64,000 nucleotides of DNA from Wickerhamiella versatilis. Its lineage: Eukaryota. Within the stretch, counting starts at the first letter, position 1. Every line of letters starts with the position of its first letter. The stretch covers positions 930,001 through 994,000 of the forward strand of contig JAQOWU010000001.1 of the NCBI GenBank assembly GCA_030867685.1. The letters run 5' to 3'. Both the position numbers and the translations under genes were made by a program. This document shows, piece by piece, positions 21,826 to 31,105 of the stretch. A model generated the notes under the pieces. It was given only the letters and a program-made list of their open reading frames with translations, did not search any database and was not told where the DNA came from.

Positions 21826-22620
21826 GATCACTTCACGTTCTAGTCGACAATCGTCCTATATGACTTTTTTTCAGACCCACCGGAAACAAACAGCTTGAGA
21901 TGTGCTGAGTAATTGTAGTCTCTCTGCCATCGCATCTCAATTTAAGGGAAGGATCGATAATCGAGTGTATTTTCGGAGAATATGCATAAGACTGATAGTA
22001 CATACCGGTGAAACAATGCCGACCTCTGAAGTTCCGTCTGATGGGGAAAAGGGAGCTGTCGGGGCTATTAATCGATTTATATCAGTTATATTACTTCATC
22101 GGAATACCCCGCATTGTAAAAGAATGCATGCTAATTTCTTATTCCAACGAACATATAAGCTAAGAATCCGCTTAGGATACGGATAATATGTCAACTTATA
22201 CGCGTACCTGGCCCAGTCGCGTGCAGGTTTGACTGCATCCCCAGATCCAATTGAATGGTACAAATAAGTTTGTCAAAGTATGGCAAGCTAGGTTGTTACA
22301 GTATTTTTTCCATTCATAGTCCCTAAGCTGTTAGTGAAATGACTTAAGGCAACCTATAGTGTATGCTCTATCAGGGCTGGGATCATCTATAACCGTCGAA
22401 CACCGTGCATGTTTCATTACTAAGTGAGGCTGATCGAGGAACAATGAAACATATGGGTTTTGCGGGGTAATTGTCATTGTCAAGAGGGACCCTGAATTCC
22501 ACCAGCTCTTCTGGAAGTATATATGCTATTTAGTGTCGTCTCTTTTCTAGACAGACCAAACCTAAGATCATGTACATATGACATCACCGAAAAAATTTCC
22601 GCTCCTTAAACTAAATCGAA

Positions 22621-23760
22621 TTAACCTTCAATGTCAGCATTGGAGCCGAAGAATTCAAAGTGAATTTGGTCTTTCGAGAAGCCCCTTTTCTTGAACGCAC
22701 TGTACAGACAGCGCATGAAACCCGGAGGACCAACGAAATACACATCTGCCTCCTTGGGCACCGCATCTATTTCAGCGGCTGTTGGGCGACTACCAACATG
22801 CTTGACACTGAAATTATCTGCTTTTTGCCATTCAGCTACTTGGTTACCAAAGGCATAGCCAGGTGCATGTGCATAGTATTGAAATACTGTAGGGATATTG
22901 GTGCCTGCCAGTTCGGCGGCCATTGATGCTAATGGCGTCACACCAATTCCACCCGCTAACAAATACACAGGATTTGCAGGGTTCTTCCGTGAGTCAATGG
23001 TTAACAATCCCTCTGGTGCTAAGACGTTAATATGCTCACCACCTTTGAGTGAATGGAGATATGTACTCACCGGGCCACCTGTTTTCTTGACAGTGATCCG
23101 GTAACCCTTATGGGATGGTTGACTGGAAATGGAGAAGTTACGACGATGGAACTCACCAGGTGATGTCTCAACATCAACCGCAAGGTATTGTCCTGCCTTA
23201 TGCTTGATGACGTGTTTACCATCGGATGGAACAAGATGAAATGACAAGACATCCTCGTATTCCGGGGTTATCGATTCGACTACGAAATCACGGAAGTCTT
23301 TCCAACCACCATCTTCAGCAGCCAGTCTCTCGTATTCCTTTGCCTCTGCAGCAATGAGCATGTTGGCCAATTGGAAATATGCGTTAGTCCATGCTGAAAG
23401 GAACTCCTCTGTGGCCACCTTAGGACCAAGCATTTCCTTCATAGTTGCTAGTAGATTTTCGCCGACAATTGGATATTGTTCTGGCTTGATGTCCAGGGAT
23501 ACGTGGCGATCAACAATCTCTGCCGCTACCGGACCAATTGCCTCTAAATGGTCAATGTACTTCGCATAACAGACAAGCGCATGGGCCAGAGCTCTAGGTT
23601 GAGTTCCATTTTCCTGCTCTTTTAAATTGAAAAGAGCCCGAACATCAGGCCGCGCGTCCAGCATTCTTTTGTAGAATTTTGCCGCTAGCTGCGGCCCTGC
23701 TGCTTCAAGAGTCGGAAGCGTAGCTTTCACAATAGCTTTTTCGTTCTCTGTCAAGGGCAT
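22621..23760 (-). CDS. YHB1: Flavohemoglobin (nitric oxide dioxygenase)
   Basis: Globin domain (FY..M, QPRALA, proximal H in RHVSL, YPIVGENLL), FAD domain (AGQY, RNFSIS), NAD domain (GGIGVTP), C-terminal EFFG. Confidence 0.95.
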   Translation of the reverse strand: MPLTENEKAIVKATLPTLEAAGPQLAAKFYKRMLDARPDVRALFNLKEQENGTQPRALAHALVCYAKYIDHLEAIGPVAAEIVDRHVSLDIKPEQYPIVGENLLATMKEMLGPKVATEEFLSAWTNAYFQLANMLIAAEAKEYERLAAEDGGWKDFRDFVVESITPEYEDVLSFHLVPSDGKHVIKHKAGQYLAVDVETSPGEFHRRNFSISSQPSHKGYRITVKKTGGPVSTYLHSLKGGEHINVLAPEGLLTIDSRKNPANPVYLLAGGIGVTPLASMAAELAGTNIPTVFQYYAHAPGYAFGNQVAEWQKADNFSVKHVGSRPTAAEIDAVPKEADVYFVGPPGFMRCLYSAFKKRGFSKDQIHFEFFGSNADIEG

Positions 23761-24720
23761 CGTGTTCTGTCGTAAAAGGGTTTTTGGGACTCGTAATTAT
23801 TTATATTCTATCGGCGTTTGCCTATCACCGCGGATCTTTTACGAGGGTTATTATTCTACTCCAACATAAATTTAAAACTACAATATAGTCTCCGCGAAAC
23901 TCGCCGGATCACCCTTTATTACCTGTTAAGGAATATCACATAGCCCAATAAATTCGGATCTGACCCTGGTGAATTAGCGGCCTTCTCATTTGTCAGATAC
24001 GAGAAATCTCACTTCACTCTAGGAAGCTGGGATGCCATGGCATTTATGTTGATATTAGATGAAATATAGATGTTCAAAGTTTCAGCTAGTATGTATTAAA
24101 TAGAAGTATAGCTATTGCTGGGTCTACTACCACGCTACCAGTTTGCAAATCGCCGTATACATTTAGCCACCAGAATTTTGACTGATCTGCCTCCATCAAA
24201 GCCCGAAAATGCTTTGTGGAAAGTGCTAGAAATATTTCATTCATTCATTTATTCATGGGAAATCAGGACGCAAACTGCTTTAAAGCCAGGGTAACACTTG
24301 TAACGGACCACCCTAGCCCGGGCACTCGGGAACGCTTAAGATAAATCTTCCTTCACCTGGAGACACTTACTGGTTTTACTACTATAGACTTAACTTTCTT
24401 CGTGTAGCTCAAGAAATCTTGTTCATGACCAACTCCTATCTTGTCGATTCCTGCGGTAGAGAATTTTACGGTTCTGCCGTCTCCATACCATATTATTAAG
24501 GTCTATTCCAGTGAAATGTAATGTTTCTATGTAGCAATTCTAGGAATAAAGCTTCTGGGTCTTAGTTACAATGCCAGTCCAGATTCGGATCCCAATCTCC
24601 CTTGGTCTTACGTGACTAACGTGGCGGCTATATATCTATGAGACATAATTATCTCTTGGGCGGTTATCTTAGCTGATTAGTTATTACATCCAGGGAAATA
24701 GATACTACTGTCATAGTAAG

Positions 24721-26034
24721 ATGGTAAATTCGAAGGTTGAACTAGCAAGCGTACCCCAACTTACGGTGCAGAAAGACCGGCTCATCAATACAATCCACGA
24801 GACTGCGTTGTTTGGAGCCAAAGGAAGGTGGGGCGCCGAATCGACTCAGACAGGAGTTTGCAGATTGGCTCTTTCAGATGAAGATAAGAAAGTTCGGGAC
24901 TGGTTTGTGAACGAGACGAAGGCACTGGGGTGCAAGGTCCAATTTGACGAGCTTGGAAACATATTCGCTGTGTATCCTGGCAAGAATAGCGGCCCACCCG
25001 TCGCTATCGGCTCTCATTTGGATACCCAGCCTACAGGGGGCCGGTATGATGGGATACTCGGGGTTCTAAGTGGACTTGAAGTACTTCGTACTATGAAAGA
25101 CAATAACTACGTTCCGAAGTACCCAATAGCCGTCATTGACTGGACAAATGAGGAGGGAGCGCGCTTCCCAGTTCCTATGATGTCCTCAGCCGTCTGGGCA
25201 GGTGCTAGTAGCTTAGAAGATACCCATCGCCTCGAGTCTGTTGTTGACGCAGAAACCACAAATGTAAAGAACGAGTTGGAACGCATCGGCTACCATAACA
25301 AGAGTCTTCCCTGCAGCCACAAGGAAAATCCCCTGGCAGCACATTTCGAGTTACATATTGAGCAAGGCCCTATTCTTGAGGAAGAGAACAAAAGAATTGG
25401 ACTTGTCCAGGGAATTCAAGCCTGTAAGTGGCTGAGAGTGACTCTCAACGGTAAGGCACAGCACACGGGCACGACACCACTGCAGTCTCGCAGTGATCCA
25501 CTGCTTGCGGCCTCTAAGATTATGGTGAAAGCGAACGATATTGCCCATTCCCAGGGTGGGTTAGCCAGTGTTGGTATTCTAGAGCTTGATCCCGCCGTGG
25601 CAAATGTGATTCCCGAGAGCGTCAGTTTCATTGTCGATATACGTCATCATACCGACAGCAAACTTAAAACGATGTTTGAGGACTTGGAGAATGCCATTTC
25701 ATCCGCGGCCAGAAATTCCGGGAGGAATATTTCCACTAAAATTGATATTCTTACGGACCAGCCTGCATATCACTTTGACCAGCGGGCTAAGGACTGTATA
25801 GAGGCATCTTCGAATGATCTCTTCGGGTGTGATGCATCTTTAAAAATTATGAGCGGTGCTGGGCATGATAGTGGACTCACGTCACGTGTCTGTCCTACTG
25901 CCATGATATTCATTCCATCCCGGGATGGCGTTTCCCACAATCCAGAGGAGTACAGCACCCCTGAGCAGGTTTCAGATGGGTTCCGTACGCTTCTGGGGGC
26001 TGTATTGCGCTATGATCAGCTACGCGAAGCATAA
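24721..26034 (+). CDS. PYD3: Zn-dependent N-carbamoyl-amino acid amidohydrolase / beta-alanine synthase (Pyd3-like, M20 family)
   Basis: GSHLDTQP, GRYDGILG, NEEGARF, ELHIEQGP, SGAGHD, SHNPEE; the N-terminus resembles Lachancea kluyveri beta-alanine synthase as recalled. Substrate not proven. Confidence 0.8.
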   Translation: MVNSKVELASVPQLTVQKDRLINTIHETALFGAKGRWGAESTQTGVCRLALSDEDKKVRDWFVNETKALGCKVQFDELGNIFAVYPGKNSGPPVAIGSHLDTQPTGGRYDGILGVLSGLEVLRTMKDNNYVPKYPIAVIDWTNEEGARFPVPMMSSAVWAGASSLEDTHRLESVVDAETTNVKNELERIGYHNKSLPCSHKENPLAAHFELHIEQGPILEEENKRIGLVQGIQACKWLRVTLNGKAQHTGTTPLQSRSDPLLAASKIMVKANDIAHSQGGLASVGILELDPAVANVIPESVSFIVDIRHHTDSKLKTMFEDLENAISSAARNSGRNISTKIDILTDQPAYHFDQRAKDCIEASSNDLFGCDASLKIMSGAGHDSGLTSRVCPTAMIFIPSRDGVSHNPEEYSTPEQVSDGFRTLLGAVLRYDQLREA

Positions 26035-27335
26035 TTGAAGAGACTTACCCTTTATTTTGCGCTGGTATTTTCAATGGCATTTGAAGTAGCATGCTAGTTA
26101 AGCTCATTATCCACTGGGATTTGAGCTAATTTGGAAACAAAATTGAATTCTCTTAGGATAGCTAGAGTCGTGGAGTTATTTCCATAAATTTGAAAGAAAT
26201 AATCTGACAGATTAGATCAAGATTTGTTGAATATAATTTCTACCCTGATGACGATGCTCCAAGATAATACTAAGTATTGAACTTTTATTTATCGACGCTG
26301 ACTCCTGATCATCTTTTATGTGCTCATATCCCACGACCACCAATTCCCTACCTGAAACCATGAATACTCGTCTACTGGCAATGTGTTCAATGTAGAGTCG
26401 TCATGTGAGCAAGTGGTGGCTGATTGGTGCTTATAAGGTAGAATCTATTGCCTTAACCTAAGCCTAGTAAGTAAGCCCGACGCGGGGAATACTGTGACCA
26501 GAATTTGGCCTTGATACCATTTGGGAAACGGATAGCCCTTCGATTGGTCGAAGATGATCTTCTAGTATCCCAACGACTCTTAAATTCTAATTCTAGTTAT
26601 ATCTGATATCTGGTGATACTTTGAGTAGCCATGATATCTAATATTGCTGTATGCAGCGTTCCTAGATTATGTCAGGTGGATCCTGTCGTCACCTAGCCTT
26701 TCGGTCATACTAGATTAGCCGGTTTTTTATAGGAGTTATTTAAATCTTGCTAGCTGATTATTGTTACTTTAAGCTATTACCCGTAAACTGAGCAACGGAA
26801 TCGCAACTGAAGTTCTTCATACTAATGCTGTGGAACGCATGATGTATACAGAGGATAATGTTGACTTATTGCTCAGACCCAATGAGTCCCACGAACACAG
26901 ATTTGTCTACCGCTATGGATAATTTTCCATAGAACAACATTATTAAGGTTAGGGTGAAGTCTTCTTTCCTTTCCTAATAATATTATATTCCCATAGTTGA
27001 GTCAGTGGGGGATTGCCCTCTACATGTTCCAACCATCTCGAAAGAACTGGTCAAAATGCGAATCTTCGAATCCGATGGGATGGCTACTGGATATTGAGAA
27101 AGCATTCTGTGAATGCAAAAGCTTTCGATAGGGGTCATATTTTATTATATTATTATAAAAGATATTTTATTATGAATAATATTATCTTACGAATGACATC
27201 ATATTATGTTTTATTTGAAAAAAAGATCAAAGATACCATAGCTTACAGTAAGACTGTGCTTGCCAAGGAAGCTTCGAGTCAACACACCAGTGGGCCCTGC
27301 TGTGTGAGACACTGAATTAGAACCTCAAAAGTTAC

Positions 27336-28433
27336 CTAATTCTGAGCACGTCTAGCATATTCTGTTAGAGCGGAGTAAATCTCGTTGATGTTGATACCAA
27401 AAGTCAGATGACCTCCGTTCAAACGTGTAAGGTTCAGATTAGGCGTATGATCCTGCAAGTCGTTGATCAGGATGGGTCCCTCAATAACATCCTGATTCAT
27501 CTGGAATACTCTTAGGTTTTCAACGGGGAGGTAATCCCATTTCGGCTTTTTAAGCATGCGATTGTTGACTATCCACTTATACTTGTAGGATCCATCGGTA
27601 TAATCAGCCTTGTGGGTAGGACTATTCTTCAAAAATGATGGGTCCTCCTGGAATAGTCTTACAGGATCATCAATAAGCGTGGTGACGGCATTGACGATAA
27701 ATGTTGGTATACCAGTGTCAAAGACAAACTGAGGTATAATTGGCACGTCCAATAGAAAGAAATACGATAAAGCGGCCATCTGCGTTGCTACGCTAGGAAG
27801 CGACAACGGATTGGTTAACACTCCCTTCATTGCTTTATTTAGGGAATTCTGGGATAAGTCGAAGCTCGGGGCGCCAATCGAAACAATCGATTTGATTCGA
27901 CCGGGGTAGGTGCATGCGTACTCACTTCCAATGAATGGTGCCCAAGCTTCTCCAAATACCGTAATGGGCTTTCCTGGGGCACGAGCATCAATAAGAGCTC
28001 CAAGTTCATCCGCTAAATTGGGGAGCGAATACATACTTTCGTCGCTAGGGTGACCACTCTTTCCAGAGCCGCGTTGATCGTAACGAAGCACATGAAAGCC
28101 ATCCGAAGCCAGCCATTTTGCCACTATGTCATACACTGAAGAATCCCATGGCCATCCACCCGTGATGACGATCGTGGGGTCTTCTGAATTGCCGTACTCA
28201 AAGTATGAGATGGATACATTCTGGTAGCTAACATCAGGGTGATCTGAATCATTGGTCTCCTGTACGTCTGTGGGAATTGATGATGGTGATATGTCGAGAG
28301 TTAGTCCTCCCGTGATGGATGTTGGAGAGGTAGTAGCTGTGACATTATAGGCGATGGAAGAAGGTAAGATTACTCCACCGGAGCAAGTTCCCAGGAGAAG
28401 AGAGAGAATAAATCCAGAATATTGCTTGATCAT
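27336..28433 (-). CDS. Secreted alpha/beta-hydrolase-fold protein (EphD N-domain-like) with degenerate catalytic motifs
   Basis: Signal peptide and Ser/Thr linker; YDQRGSGKS; GGWP in place of HGxP; GEAWA in place of GHDWG; C-terminal GGH. Confidence 0.8.
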   Translation of the reverse strand: MIKQYSGFILSLLLGTCSGGVILPSSIAYNVTATTSPTSITGGLTLDISPSSIPTDVQETNDSDHPDVSYQNVSISYFEYGNSEDPTIVITGGWPWDSSVYDIVAKWLASDGFHVLRYDQRGSGKSGHPSDESMYSLPNLADELGALIDARAPGKPITVFGEAWAPFIGSEYACTYPGRIKSIVSIGAPSFDLSQNSLNKAMKGVLTNPLSLPSVATQMAALSYFFLLDVPIIPQFVFDTGIPTFIVNAVTTLIDDPVRLFQEDPSFLKNSPTHKADYTDGSYKYKWIVNNRMLKKPKWDYLPVENLRVFQMNQDVIEGPILINDLQDHTPNLNLTRLNGGHLTFGININEIYSALTEYARRAQN

Positions 28434-28462
28434 TATGTTAGAAGAATCGATAGGGGTCTCCT

Positions 28463-28645
28463 ATGTGTTATTCCCGGCACTTTATAGGTAATGGGTTAGG
28501 TTTATGCATTGGTACCTCAAGTAGCCCCACAATGCTTCCTAGTCCTTTATTCATGTGGTATTTCTCGGGGTTTTATAGTAAAGTGGCTAGGTTTATGCAT
28601 TGGCACCTCAAATGGCACCACACTATTTCCTGGCTCATTAATCAT
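28463..28645. repeat. Imperfect tandem duplication with 90-bp period, each copy carrying a minus-strand TATAAA
   Basis: Copies start at 28463 and 28553 and share taggtttatgcattgg(t/c)acctcaa and tttatag. Confidence 0.85.
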
Positions 28646-29401
28646 CTCGTATTTCGAGGAAAAAAATCATGTACCTTCATACCATCCGGCGTCAATACTC
28701 ACACATAATTTTAAAGACGATTATAGTCACTCTAGTGTTTTCTATCAGAGGATTTTGCGTAGTATGAAATTATTAAGTAGCACTGTCGCTGCAGCTCAAA
28801 GCTCGGAATGTACGGAATACGAGAACGACCTGGGCGATCATGGGCAACATGGACCACGTAAAAGTTACTTATAGATCGATATCATTCCTGCAAGAAATTT
28901 AATATTTAAGAAAGAGAAATAATAGCGGAGGAAATTCGACCATTATATCATCACAATCTTAAGAAGCCTTATAGTTATCGACAACATTACAATATAGGCT
29001 GGTTTTTTGCATCTTATAGTGGCTAACAGTACGATACTGAGCGGACAGTACAAGACAGATTTATTTGGATCACAGAATCGAAGTATATTCGATGTTACCT
29101 GGATGAAAACCACGCTTTTATTATCTTCTCCGTGAACAAGAGTTAAATCCCTGGCTTATGAACATTTTATGTTATTGATTACGATTAAAATTGTCTTGTC
29201 GTAAATAGAGGGAACGTTGAGTTACGTACGTAACGCTGCCAAACACTTTACAAATATGTCGAACGGCCACAATATGTTATTGGATGTAATTGATTTAATA
29301 TACAGGTAAGTAACATGCAATTTAATTCTTCGACAAGTCACATGGAAGATTCTAACCATACTAGATAATAAATGAACTGGTCTCAACATACGAGTGCCAA
29401 A

Positions 29402-30436
29402 TTAGGTCTTTTCAACAGGCTTCGAGCGGGACATCTTGACTGTCTCACGCATTGCTTTTCTACATACCACCGGCGCAGACCCCTTAAGCATAACCAAAGC
29501 ATCTGCGACGGTTTGATCGCCAATATCGTAAAGAGCGCTGACCATCGCTCCAGACCTATGTGCGGATGGCAAGATGCCTGGATTTGACCGTACTGGGTCA
29601 TCAGCTGCAATAGGTTCTGAGGGGAAAACGTCAGTACCAACTTTTAGCTGACCACTGGCTGCTTGGGCCGTCATGTCCTCCCAGTTCACCACAGCTGCGC
29701 GGCTCATCAATAGAAATACCGAGCCCGGCTGCATCAGTTCGAACTTTTCACGGTCAATAAACCCTTGGTTTTCCGATGTGACACCGGCAAATACGAGCAC
29801 AACACGACATGTTTTTAGCAGATCATTCAGGCTACTAGGAACGGCGCCGTGCTTCTTTACGAAGTAGTCTGGTAACCACGGATCATATACCTTTATGTTG
29901 CATTGAAATGGCTTAATCAATGTATGAAACTCACGACCAAGATCACCATAGCCGATAATACCAACCTCGCTACGATATAAGGAAAAAGAATTAGCATTGC
30001 TCTCAAGACCCCACTTCTCTGTTCCCTTTCTGAACGCTTCAACGTTGCGAGTGATGCCTCGGGCCAAATCAATCGCTAATGCCAGAGCTGTCTCAGCGAC
30101 AACTGGAGCGAATGCACTACCAGGTGTTACCACGTTAATACCGTGTGAGAAGCAATAGTCATAGTCGACGTTAGGGAAGAAATTTGTTTCGACATTTATA
30201 ATACCACGGAGATTCTTCGCACGAGCCAGCCGCTCAGTCGGGAGATCTGGCTGTCCTATGATTAGCACGGCTCTTGGCATGTTTTCGTCAAGCCTAGAAT
30301 GTGGCATAGGACCTTCTCCATCATCATGCACGACAATATTAGCTTCTGCTACTAAAGAGTCATAAGCACTTTGAGTGAAGATTTCTTTTAATCTGCGAGG
30401 AAACGGGTCAAGAATGATAGTTGGTTTGATGCTCAT
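29402..30436 (-). CDS. D-isomer-specific 2-hydroxyacid dehydrogenase, bacterial subfamily
   Basis: GYGDLG, YDPWL, LMSRAAVV, DVFPSEP, SAHRSG, C-terminal RETVKMSRSKPV. Confidence 0.9.
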   Translation of the reverse strand: MSIKPTIILDPFPRRLKEIFTQSAYDSLVAEANIVVHDDGEGPMPHSRLDENMPRAVLIIGQPDLPTERLARAKNLRGIINVETNFFPNVDYDYCFSHGINVVTPGSAFAPVVAETALALAIDLARGITRNVEAFRKGTEKWGLESNANSFSLYRSEVGIIGYGDLGREFHTLIKPFQCNIKVYDPWLPDYFVKKHGAVPSSLNDLLKTCRVVLVFAGVTSENQGFIDREKFELMQPGSVFLLMSRAAVVNWEDMTAQAASGQLKVGTDVFPSEPIAADDPVRSNPGILPSAHRSGAMVSALYDIGDQTVADALVMLKGSAPVVCRKAMRETVKMSRSKPVEKT

Positions 30437-31105
30437 GGTAGGTGCCTAACTATCCAAAATTATTGACACGAACTACGTTCTATTACAAAGCGGATTGGAA
30501 CCTATTTCAGGATTTGTCATATAGCTTCTCTGAACCAGTAGTGGCCCAGCTAATCCTAAAACTTAAATCTTATTAGACCAGATCTACTTTTTTTGATTAG
30601 CACTCCGAAAATTGCTAAAACTAGAAAATTCCGCCGAAATTATGGCTTTCAGGGCTACTTTCGGCATAATACTAGGATCAAGGTTACGGAGAAGGTCTTG
30701 CTTGGAACACACGAGAGAGACCACTTTTTCCAGGTCATGGCGTTTCTAAGCGACAACGATTACGCAGATTGTAAAAATCGTTGTGAGCGTTGCCGCAATT
30801 CGGAATCAACCGGACTTCATATCCAGTATCGAATACGAAAAATATAAAATTTCACGCATGAGTTTAAAGTATGAGCTCGAATTTTGCCCGATAGCAGCTA
30901 CTTCTAACAGACATTAAGGGTATTCATATTAATTTCTAGAACGTTTACTGTCCTGGTAATTCAAAATTGAGGAACCGTAGCTAATCAAGTGGATCAGCAT
31001 GTCAAATGCAACGAGCAGAGCCATTCAAGACGGCAAACTTTATCATGATAAATGCAAAGATTAACTATTCTATATTTGTGAAATATTTTAGAGCGTTATT
31101 TCATT

